A DNA stretch of 64,000 nucleotides from Tubiluchus corallicola. Its lineage: Eukaryota > Animalia > Priapulida. Below are positions 54,201-64,000 of the stretch, piece after piece. Under the pieces are notes generated by a model. It saw nothing but the letters and a program-made list of their open reading frames with translations, ran no database searches and was not told the origin of the DNA. The number at the start of each line of letters is the position of its first letter. Within the stretch, counting starts at the first letter, position 1. Made by a program: the position numbers and the translations under genes. The stretch is taken from contig JAQGDQ010000200.1 of NCBI GenBank assembly GCA_030141605.1, positions 248,001-312,000 on the forward strand. The letters run 5' to 3'.

Positions 54201-57200
54201 TTTCCTCTCAAAACAAGTAATTACTGCTTCCAAATAAAACAAAAAAGTTACTAATGAAACTCAGGATATTTTACTTGATGTATAATTATGAACAGCTAAT
54301 TAGCAACGTGCATTAAAACAGCATGAGAACAGTAATCTTCACTGGAATCAAATCCTAAAAATCTGAAGATTAGAAAATGAAATTCCAAAATAAGTGGATT
54401 ACAAAATATCTCAGGACTGGAAAAACCTAATAGCAATAAAGAAACTGACATGAAGCTATTTTAAAACCAAAACTAGATATTAATATTTATATGGTCAAGT
54501 ATACCTTTTCTACAATAAATGTGCTAATTCCATGTGCAGGAGTATCAGCATGCGGATCCGTTCTAGCATAAACTATTAACACATCGGCAATAGGACCATT
54601 AGTAATCCAGAACTTGCTCCCATTAAGCACATAATAGTCACCTATAGTGAGCAAGGGTATTTTTATTAATTCAATTTGGTATAAGTGGTAAAAGAGTTAG
54701 TACATTTTAAAAATGTGGAAGGGGAATAGGATTATAGTCATTCTCTGTGCTTTGCTATCAAGTTAAGCCACATCAGGCTCAATTAGTAAATGACAGGGTG
54801 ATAATCAGAAAACTAGTTTTTGGCAGTTTTATTTGATAAAAATTAATTTTTTATAATCACCAGTCCATTTACAAAGGCAGGCTCTGTTTTATTTAACTGC
54901 TCTGAGCACATGTCATGACAACCGGCTTCTATTACTTCACTGATAATTTTGGCAGATGGCGATTTTAACATATTTTAACAGGTGACAAAGGACAGAAAAC
55001 AGTGTAAAATGTTATACTATTCAAAACATCTACAAAACTACGGCAACTAAAAGACAGCATTATAAGCTCATGCCTCATTTAATCAATTGGTATCTTGATT
55101 GTTTACTTAGATACAGATACCAACCATTAACTTCTAATTTCTGCATCACCTTTTTTCTCAGCCTTTAGCTTCATGCTGACTACATCTGAACCAGAAGTGT
55201 GTTCACTCATGGCTAGTGCTCCAATGTGCTCACCATTTATTAACTAAAATTTAGAAAACGGGAAGTTTTAATAAACGGAATATAAAGAACTTTCAGTAAT
55301 TCTAATGCAGGTAAATGTTTGACATATTAACTAACCGCAGTACAAAAGGATTGGGATAGTAATAAGGTTTACAATTTCTTGTGTGAGAGAGAAAAACCCG
55401 AGTCTCGTTTCATCTAAGTGTATCAGGCAGTTTTGTATTGACTGTTTTATTGTGCATAGAATAAAGGCATTTTTTAAAATTACAATGTAGCATAACCCCT
55501 GTACCTAAGCTAACTTTCATACTATTTGGTACCTTTGGCAAATACTTTTCTTTTTGCGCATCACTCCCATGCCGTCTCAGTTGATTAACACACAAATTAG
55601 AATGAGCTCCATAACTCAGAGCAATGCCACCATGTCCACGTGACATCTCTTCCATGACTAAACAATGATCCACGTAGGAACCTTCTGACCCACCATATTC
55701 ACCTAGGTATATTAACCAGCTAGCAGTATAATATAATCCACTGTTTAATGTTTATGTAGCTGGTTCATGAGATTACACAGAAGAATAAAATATATACCAC
55801 CAGCCAAATTGTAAAGGTAGTTGGAATACCGCTTTAATAAAATACAATATTTACACAGAAATTGTCTTCATAAGGTGCTAAATTAAAAAAGCTAGGATTT
55901 AGCTTGTTTTTAAAATTGCTGCTGTTTTTTGTAATTTAAACTTAGTATTTCGTAAAATTTTTACACTATCCTGCACTATGTCTTAGAAGTCTGCTTGTAA
56001 ATTTAATTTAACTTTATTTTATATCGAAACAAAGTGCTATTCTCCAGCTAACTGTATAGTTTGGCTGGTTGTGCATACATCATTCTAAGTTGAGCATATT
56101 ATTCGATAACTACCCACTGATGCTAAAAACATTTTAAAGTAATAAGGCCATAGTATAATATTAGTGATTAAATTAAAATTAATGGGTCACTTAAAAAAGT
56201 TTAGTTCCAACCAGATAAACCATCATCAAGCCAACTAGGCAACATTACAAATTTTAATGAATCTTCCAAATTTAAAACCATATGTAAGTATTTCAGTAGC
56301 TCAGAAGCTTAGAAACAAGAATTATGAGTGCTTACTTTCTGCAGTAATGCCTAGCAGTCCCAGGTTTCCCAGTTTTTTCCAGAATTCCTTTATCTCAGGA
56401 AAACTGTCATTTTTATCTATTTCATCTGCTTTTGGTGCCAATTCATTTTGGACAAAGTTAAAAACAGTTTGGCGCAACTGAAAATAAAAAATAAAGCTGC
56501 TATAAAATATAAAATGTGAAATATGCCTGTACAGATTTTCACTGTTAATGCACTAATACTACAATAACACTTTTTACAATATGCTGAAAGCTTTGTTGTG
56601 TAACACATTGCTGTTAGATGAAAATTATATGCAATGAGATTGGCTAGTAAGCAACAAATGTGTGCTTGCAAACCAAAACCATCGTTAAGTTGGCATAGTT
56701 AAAACTACGGTCTGATGCTTCAAAGTAGAATGCACCAAAATTTTGGTCTAATGTTATTTTTTGTTTTTTTATAAAAACAAGTGCTAAATATATTGGACTT
56801 TTACATTCTAGCATCAAATTATCAAGAAAATGTCCAACAAATACCAAGAATTTAATTTTATAAACCCGTGCCCATTTCTCTGCCTAGAAACATGTACAGC
56901 AATTGCAAAGCCCAAATCTTTGTCAGGAAGAGCCGTCTACTGGATTTAAACATAACTTCAATGTGCTCTTGCAAAGTCCATAGTACCACACTTTTGTAGA
57001 GACGCGTCTAAATACAATGGCTGTCTGTAAAAGTGATTTTCTCAAGATTATGTTTCTCACTGCATAGCCTGCACCTCAACTTCAACGTGGATTATCTCAG
57101 CTTAGTATCAAAATGTTCCTCATGAAATAGAGATTGAGAGTACGTGAATAACTAGAAAACATTAATTGCTGACTTATGGATGATTTTGCTATACAAGCAC

Positions 57201-57659
57201 ACAAATAATAAATGAGATTCAACGTGTACTGACGTTTTTAATTATTATTATTACATAAACAAAGACAACGGATGGTGGCAGTACGCTTAACAACTCAATT
57301 CGTGACCTGTCTCTAGTGTCCTACTTGGGCAGCCCATATACGACGCGTCCTACTTGGGCTAGCCCGTGCACGACGCGTCCTACTTCGGCTAGCCCATGTA
57401 CGCCAATTGTCCTACTTCGGCTAGTGGGTTACTCGGCGCCCTACACAGCGCTCTCCACCAAACTGGTAGCCTAGGCTTATCAAACCACAAAATAAAAAAA
57501 CAGGCAAAATACTTGGTGTTGTTCTTCTGTGAGTCCAAACAAAGTATCGTCGACAGGAAATGTAGAAGCTGGTCGTGCAGCTGCATTTACAGGTCTTGAT
57601 CTCAGCAAGAGAGCTGAAATTTTTCTAGAACTAAAAGATCTAAACAGTTTAGCAGCCAT
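48266..57659 (-). CDS. IVD: Isovaleryl-CoA dehydrogenase, mitochondrial (424 aa)
   Basis: Exons 57513-57659, 56336-56477, 55533-55702, 55150-55243, 54505-54641, 52963-53059, [52365-52458 or 51271-51364], 50864-50945, 49125-49302 and 48266-48399. All are GT-AG and phase-compatible (1275 nt). The N-terminus is transit-peptide-like ([13 protein letters not shown]), followed by [71 protein letters not shown] and [30 protein letters not shown] (IVD-type GAG). Confidence 0.95.
49458..50692. mobile_element. Non-autonomous Tc1/mariner-pogo-type TIR element in an IVD intron
   Basis: TIRs cagtagtcgccgcttaatagactc / gagtctattaagtggcgcctactg, each flanked by TA. Confidence 0.8.
50014..50468. mobile_element. 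MITE (Tc1/mariner-like) nested in the previous element
   Basis: 27-bp TIRs ccgtattttcccgtgtataagagaccc / gggtctcttatacacgggaaaatacgg, TA on the right flank, and internal copies of ggggtctcttataca. Confidence 0.8.
51271..51364 (-). CDS. IVD: IVD alternative exon 7B (94 nt, canonical-type)
   Basis: aattctag|CA TCT CAG...ATA GG|gtaaaa encodes (A)[31 protein letters not shown]; same length and phases as 7A. Confidence 0.9.
51708..51725 (-). promoter_or_regulatory. Intronic element complementary to the 5' part of IVD exon 7A
   Basis: In the pre-mRNA, UUUUUCCACUCCUCCAAC can pair with exon 7A GUUGGAGGAGUGGGAAAG (52447-52430): 16 Watson-Crick plus 2 G-U pairs, no gaps. Confidence 0.6.
52365..52458 (-). 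CDS. IVD: IVD alternative exon 7A (94 nt)
   Basis: gcaaatag|CT GCC AAT...GTC GG|gtaggt encodes (A)[31 protein letters not shown]; phase 1 in, phase 2 out. Confidence 0.85.
53183..53742. mobile_element. Non-autonomous hAT-like element
   Basis: TIRs tagggatgggac / gtcccaccccta; 8-bp target-site duplication atcaatac / aacaatac (one mismatch). Confidence 0.75.
57318..57425. repeat. ~30-bp minisatellite, about 3.5 copies, in IVD intron 1
   Basis: Unit gtcctactt(g/c)ggctagcccatgtacgacgc repeated with variants. Confidence 0.85.
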
Positions 57660-59207
57660 GATCTTGCTATCTTTGCTCCAAACTTGATTGTGCGAAAAAT
57701 CCTAAAGATTCCTCATATTGTGTACACTGCTTGGCGCGTGTTCATGGTCAAAATTTCAATAATTTTCCATGCATAATGTGAAAAAGATAAGAAATCATGA
57801 AAAATGCAATGCAAATTTGTTTGAAATTATTTACTTTTGTGCTGCAAATGATATAGCCGAATTCAAATTATTTTAAAATATCTGTTATTATTTGTCCAGT
57901 TATTTTAAAAGAGAATTTCGTGCAGAACAGCTTCTGACTCTAGTTCTATCACAGTGCTCAGGTATTACTGTTTTACCTTTACATAGGTTGTTGGCTTATG
58001 TCCGCTTACAGATGTTATATTCTCTGGTTTACTGCATTAAATTTTACTAGTTTATTCATCCACGCAATTTTTTCAACGAATTCGTAACCATTGACATTGT
58101 ATGCGATGCTAATGTTTGTATGTATGTAAAGCCACCATAAGAAACACCGGAACAACACGAACTTAGCCGAAATAAACTTATTCAAAACAGTACAGAAGTT
58201 TTATAGTAGCAGACTCATCAGCTTAAGGCGATAACGTTATAGCTGATTCCAACAGAGAAGCCCTTAGGCTAACAGTAAAATAATAATGCTTTCGTCACAT
58301 AGGATGTGACAGAGGGTGCACAATTGAAGCCATAGTCCTCTTATATATACTTGCCATTTCCATAATATATTCTAATTCAATTCATTTCAATTTTATTTGT
58401 ACAAATACTGAGTCAATATGTTGCTGTACACATTAAATAAGTCTTATAATTATCATCGGAATAGAAAAATTACAAATGTTGAAATTTGACCGTGTATTTG
58501 GACATTGTAGGTTCCTGAAATCAAAATGTACATGGGCAAAAAATGTAAACTACAAGTTAGATAAACTTTGAATTTGAAGAATGGCTTTTCTCTTTCTGAC
58601 ACATGCAGTACTAAACAAGGGAGGAAAGCCACGTGGATGTATTATCGCTAAATACTCTAGACAATGTAACTTTGACTGTCTGATTTTTTTCTCGACAGTA
58701 TTTGATTCAGAGAACCAGGATGTTTTTATAATAGGGAATCAATCTGTACTGCTTTGTACTCATTTATGCAAAATATCATGCAAGGTCAAGTGTGATCAAA
58801 CGTTTAATCAAGCGTGTCAGTTACATCATAGTACGTATGGCCAACTCATTAGGCAATACTCATAAATTGAATCAGCACTGATATACATAATAATCCTACT
58901 GTTCAAAGTGTGACTCATTCATCAGAAATACCATGCAAGTTCAGTGTTTATTCAAATGTGTCTGTTATGCCATAGTACTTATGGCCAACTCACTAAAGGA
59001 GAATCCATCAATTGAACAGTGGTGACATGCATAATATTCTTACCATTCAAGAAGGATTTTTCTTAGTAATCCTAATTTGCGATACATTTACTGAAAACAT
59101 GCTAGAAATGAGCAGTTTACATTACTGTCACAATTTACGTATTAATATTTTATATAAAACGTGTTGATGTAGACTTACATGATTTGAAATGCTTTACAGC
59201 TCTGAAG

Positions 59208-60044
59208 ATGGATATAGATACTCAAGGGTCTGGAGACCACGATGGGAATATTTTGCTGGTCAAATTAGACAATGCCAGAACAATGGCTAACATTCTCAAA
59301 GGCATACATTTTAAAGAGACAGCAACTATTTTTGCAAGCGACAATGGCCTGAAAGTTACTGTCGAAGATGCAAAGTGTGTGCAGGCAAATGCGTTTTTGC
59401 AAGCTGCTTTGTTTAATGATTATGTGATCAGGCAGGAAACAGTCAGCTTCAAATTTAACTTGACAATCTTGTTAGAGTGCTTGAATATTTTTGGTTCAAG
59501 TGTGATACCTGGTGTTACCACTGCGTTAAAGATGACTTATTCTGGTTACGGGGCACCGCTTGTTTTGTTACTTGAAGAGGGTGGAGTCATTACTGATTGC
59601 AGAATTAAGACACTAGAGCCTGATGATGTTTTAGATTTTGACTTCTGTAGTGACAATGTTGTTAACAAAATAATAATGAAATCTGAGTGCATTAAAGAAG
59701 CATTTTCTGAACTAGACATGACCAGTGATGTTCTAGAGATTTTGATGTCACCAGATGCTCCATTCCTCCGTTTTTCCACGTTTGGCAATGGAGGAAGTGC
59801 ACATGCTGATTATCCACGAGATTCTGACATGGTTGAGGTTTTTCAGTGTGCTCAAACAACGACAAATAGATACAAAATTTCTTTGCTAAAGCCATCAGTA
59901 AAAGCATTAACTTTGTCTACAAAGATCTCACTGAGGACTGATTTACGTGGCTTCCTTTCATTACAGTATATGATAAAAACAGAAGACGGGCAGATATGTT
60001 TTTTAGAGTATTTTTGTGCTCCTGATGAAGAAGTCGAAGGTTAA
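59208..60044 (+). CDS. RAD1: Cell cycle checkpoint protein RAD1 (9-1-1 clamp subunit), 278 aa, intronless CDS
   Basis: LDNARTMANILKGIHF, GLKVTVEDAKCVQANAFLQ, LLECLNIFG, GYGAPL.LLLEEGGV.TDC.IKT, EAFSELDM, SP.APF.RFSTFG.GG, YKISLLKPS.KAL.LSTK.SLRTD.RGFLSLQYMI, F.EYFC.PD. Acceptor gctttacag at 59199 precedes the ATG. Confidence 0.93.
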   Translation: MDIDTQGSGDHDGNILLVKLDNARTMANILKGIHFKETATIFASDNGLKVTVEDAKCVQANAFLQAALFNDYVIRQETVSFKFNLTILLECLNIFGSSVIPGVTTALKMTYSGYGAPLVLLLEEGGVITDCRIKTLEPDDVLDFDFCSDNVVNKIIMKSECIKEAFSELDMTSDVLEILMSPDAPFLRFSTFGNGGSAHADYPRDSDMVEVFQCAQTTTNRYKISLLKPSVKALTLSTKISLRTDLRGFLSLQYMIKTEDGQICFLEYFCAPDEEVEG

Positions 60045-60924
60045 AATCAGGTGTGGAATAGGCCTAAGCCCAAATTTCTAGGTTGACCTCTAGGCCTAAA
60101 TTCACATTTTGCAATATATTTTCTTGTTTGTTGTTCATATATTGTATGTTGTTTCTTACTTTGCTAAGACTGCTTTTGTTCTGTACCATAATTTAACTGT
60201 TGAGAATGTATATATAAATACACGTAGGGCAATATACACCTATGGATAGGCTTTGTATAAACATGTAAGTCATGCTAAACTAAAGCATGGTTTCTTAGGC
60301 CCGTTTATCTTTCCTGTATAAAACACTTGCAGCATTTGATATAATCTGTCGTTCTTTTTCTACAACAAACTTAGTTGCTATTGGTATGTAAGGCAACAAA
60401 CCATACGTACTAACCTCTTTAAATTCTGAGCTGAAATTGTTGAAATTTGAAATTAAATCAAAGTCAAATATCATTTGTTATATGCATTATGGAACTGAAT
60501 GCATTTTGTCAGCTCCACATATTTATAATTGGCAAAAATGAGAAAAACAGCAAGTTGCTGTAAGACTGTTGTACAAATATTGTACCATACTTTTTGTTTC
60601 GATCAAACTTCGAGCATCAGGTTATTCACGTAATCCTCTTCTGGAACGAGGAAATTTGTAATGACCTATGATACACTGAAAAATTATTTGCTGATGACCA
60701 GTGATAAAGTTGTCAGAAGAAGCTTTTGCAATAGGTAAGTTGACTATTCTTTGTAAATCTTTGATTTGCATGCTTTTCAGCATTTTGGGACATGTAATTT
60801 TATTTTGAACATAGTTTATTGAGTGACAATCAGCGATCTTACAATATAGTATCACATTGCAATGATTTTTTGTTCCAGTTATAAATGTAAATGTCATAGA
60901 ATAAGAAATAGAATAAAAAACACC

Positions 60925-61205
60925 TACCAGATGGGTCTGGCATTAGCATAAATGGATATGGCATCTGTTTACGTATCCTTGGCACACAAGGAGGACAGGC
61001 GGCCAGCCCATTCCTTGGCTTGGCCCGCCTTCCTCTCTCCAGTACATGATCAGATATTCAAATAAGGCTGAGTAGACCTAACTAAGTACAGGGACCGAGA
61101 GTCCGGTACGAGTGGAACATGGCTGAAAATTAGTCTTAGCTGAGTGAGATTCTAACCCAGAACCTCTAAATCGGTAGCTAAGTGTCGTACCACTAGGCTA
61201 CTGCC
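60925..61205 (-). mobile_element. tRNA-derived SINE-like element
   Basis: Minus strand: agtagcctagtggt (A-box), ggttagaatctc (B-box-like), then tctactcagcctt and a GC-rich gaaggcgg...gaatgggctggccgcc body resembling invertebrate SINE central domains. Confidence 0.55.
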
Positions 61206-64000
61206 TCCCCTTAAATATCATTATTAATGACAAATTTATAGTAACAATACAGAGATGAGAAACATTGATTCTGACCAGCAAACGAACTTCTGTGAAAATT
61301 GCTTGTGAGTGGTTTTTATGTTGGGTATGAATGCACCCAGAAATGCCTAAGACACGTCTGCTTATTCACATTTGATCTTTCAGGATTAGCTTGATAATGA
61401 GGTCCTGTCTCACACAATACTTCTAAATAATTGTATAAAAAGTAGATTCTGGATTACATTTAGTGCACCCAGTCTGGACTGCATTTTCATGAGCTATTTG
61501 CAAAAACTTGATGGCCATACATGTTACGTAGCTGTTCTCGTCAAATATAAGTGTGTTTTTTCTGACAACCAACTGTTTATTATGAATCTAAAGCCTATAA
61601 CAGACTAAGAGTAACTATGGAAACCAGAGATACAGTAAAATAGCACAATGCTAAAATAACAAAAACTATTAGGTTTTTCCATTAAAACACCACAATCATA
61701 GCCAGCTTTCACCTAGAATGATTATATAAAATGTTGTAATTACCATGTGCAGAAAAGGCAAAAATACTGTCGTCAGTACTAGCCTAGGGGGCACTTTAAT
61801 TTCTTGCCGGTTTTAAATGAAATACCAAATGTTCGTACGTTTTCACTTTGAAATATTTGGAGGATATGTTTCGTTACTATAAAATTGCAGATGTTACAGT
61901 GAAGGTGATAAACAATCACAGGCAACAAGAATATATACCTTGAAAGGAAGGAAGGAATCAACTTTACCAGATCTTAAATAATTCTTTTAAAACCTTGTGT
62001 GGAGGTGTTACTGGTTGACCATCTCTATTTACTTCGTGATCTTTATTCTGTCTGCCTATAATTTGTAGAACAAGAAATTGTTTTTTACTGGTGATAAATG
62101 TAGTGGAAATTGGAGCATTTAAAGCTTTTTGTTTAATGATAATAATACATGTACTTTTACTGTTTTGATAAAGCCACCTTTAAAAAAATGCATGAACTCA
62201 TAACGTATTGCACAATTCAATTGCTGAGGTTTAATGAGAAATTAGCCTTTATTTAGTAACATTTAAAAACATGTGAATGTGACAAGACAGTACTCTTGTT
62301 CTTCTGTAATGTTTTACATCTATCAGAGTCAATCATACATGCTATTATTAGCCCATGTATCCATGGAGCGCTGCAACTACTATTGCTGCTGTCTTGTGTC
62401 TATGTCTATGTCTGAAACCAGGATCTGAAAGCGAAAAAGAACGTATATATTGCGAATGGGTAAAGATACCAAATAGGACCCAAAATCTCTTCCTGTTTTT
62501 GAGCGTCTGCTGTCCAGCATCTGTTCCTCCACCAACCAACTAAGACTAGGACTGCAAACCATTATAGGGATAAATAATGACAAAAACTTTGAAAAATAAA
62601 TTTGATAGCGTCCACTTTGCTTGGATGCTAGACACTTTGTTGTTAACTGTTTGTTGTGAACGCTAGACGCTAGATGTTAGAAACCAGCAGCTCGACGCTG
62701 GATGCTGGAAGCCAGATGCCAGACATTGGATGGTTTGGTGTATCTCACGCATTATTCGTTTTCGAAAGGTTTTAATGATATTTCCTTTGACCTACTTACA
62801 GAAACAAGCCACCTCTGAAATTGCTTAAAAATGATATCGGTTTTACTCGCGCATTGGTCTCTTATTAAGTCACTGATTCCACCTTTTATCTCCTTATGGA
62901 AACAAATTACCAACCTGTTTAAATCAATTAAATCAAAAATCTGTTAAATTTCGTTTTACCCTTTCCTTGGCCTCTGATTACCCGGCTTCCCAGTATGGCT
63001 GATGTTAGAGATGTGAGTGTGTGCTTGGGCATACTCATCCCTATGAGGAACTGTTTCTCATAACCGCGATGTACAGAATTGTTGCCTTGTGGAATGCCTT
63101 ATTGATTAAGGATGTTTAAGGTAGTCAGTAACTATTTTGCTCATTTTATCACGCTCTGGCGCAGTAGGTTCTTTGCAAAATCTTCTCATTTGTTCCACTT
63201 GTGGCTTTTACTTATCAACTACTTTGTATGATTTCATTTCCTTTTTGTCATTTTAGTACCTCTTGAGTGGTACCTGTAGATGTTGCGCAAAACGTATGAC
63301 TTTTTACTGTTGGTATTTACTATTTGCTGACTTTATTACTTGTCACATGCCGCCATTGCCTGTATAGGTGTTACACATGGCACGACACCTGTGCAATTTG
63401 CAATGTTGAAATATAAAAAAATTTTTATCCAGCAAAATCTAACACTATTGGGTTAATATCGTTTCTCAGTAACTTTATTGGTTTAAAAAAATTTAATTAT
63501 TGGGAAAATAAAGCATCCGTGGGCCTGTTCTTGTCAATTACAGGTTGTTCCAAAAGAAACTGTTGAGTAAAAATTCTAAAAAGCGTATAAATTATTATAT
63601 CATACGAAATTTAGTCGTAAGTAATGATATGAAAAATATCTATTATATTAATTTCGCTGGTATATATTTATATTTATTTATATATATATACATATAAGAT
63701 TCGAGGCTACAGCTTCGACGACGGCACCATTTGTGGCGATCTATACATCAAACGAAAGGTCTCGATCTAGTGTCGTCTCATTGATGGTTTATTCTTCGAA
63801 TCGGGCCCACCTTGCCGTTTTTTGCAAAAAATTGCAAAAGTTATACGGCTGAGATGTAGAGAACGGGAATGGGCCGAGAGTGGTGCTGGGTATGGATACA
63901 TAGCCCGTTCAGCGGTGGGTATAGTAGGCATATTTAGAATTCGCGAGAGGGCCACGGCGTCCCGTAACGGGCGTTTTCCTGGACCCAACTCGCGATTTTT

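Noticed and set aside
54033-54430. Possible second hAT-like element (cagggcctccaatccc ... ggactggaaaaaccta)
   Set aside because: The termini are too mismatched and there is no clear TSD.
57318-57425. Repeat resembling a CRISPR array
   Set aside because: The units are head-to-tail without unique spacers, lie in a eukaryotic intron and have no cas genes nearby; this is a minisatellite.
63690-64000. GC-richer terminal segment with a 73-aa ORF
   Set aside because: No recognisable protein or RNA motif; probably the end of a repeat element truncated by the window.

Overview
AT-rich, intron-containing animal (invertebrate) genomic DNA with no prokaryotic features; the species cannot be determined from the sequence. 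The window has two parts. (1) About 2.8-41.8 kb is a dense cluster of lineage-specific secreted-protein genes. It holds nine co-oriented minus-strand paralogs of a small secreted family that I do not recognise: signal peptide, variable Gln-rich linker, a Cys-x(3-5)-[VI]N[IF]x[FL][NH][IV][ND]G strand and a C-terminal G-[DE]-x-G-x2-L-x-DP-x-A-x3-R-x-E motif, often ending in G/GK/GKK. It also holds one Gly/Tyr-repeat protein and two Gly-rich paralogs that share a novel ~150-aa C-terminal domain. (2) About 48-60 kb holds housekeeping genes: a complete 10-exon isovaleryl-CoA dehydrogenase (IVD, minus strand) head-to-head with a RAD1 whose CDS is intronless. The IVD gene carries two tandem 94-nt copies of the exon encoding the catalytic glutamate. 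Both have intact splice sites but differ in substrate-pocket residues, and an 18-nt intronic element complementary to one copy lies between them. This suggests mutually exclusive, RNA-structure-controlled splicing of the active site. Intergenic and intronic DNA contains microsatellites, (TA)n-anchored fold-back inverted duplications, tRNA-derived SINE-like relics and nested TIR elements (MITEs). All gene models were derived by hand from splice signals and recalled protein motifs; no database searches were run.
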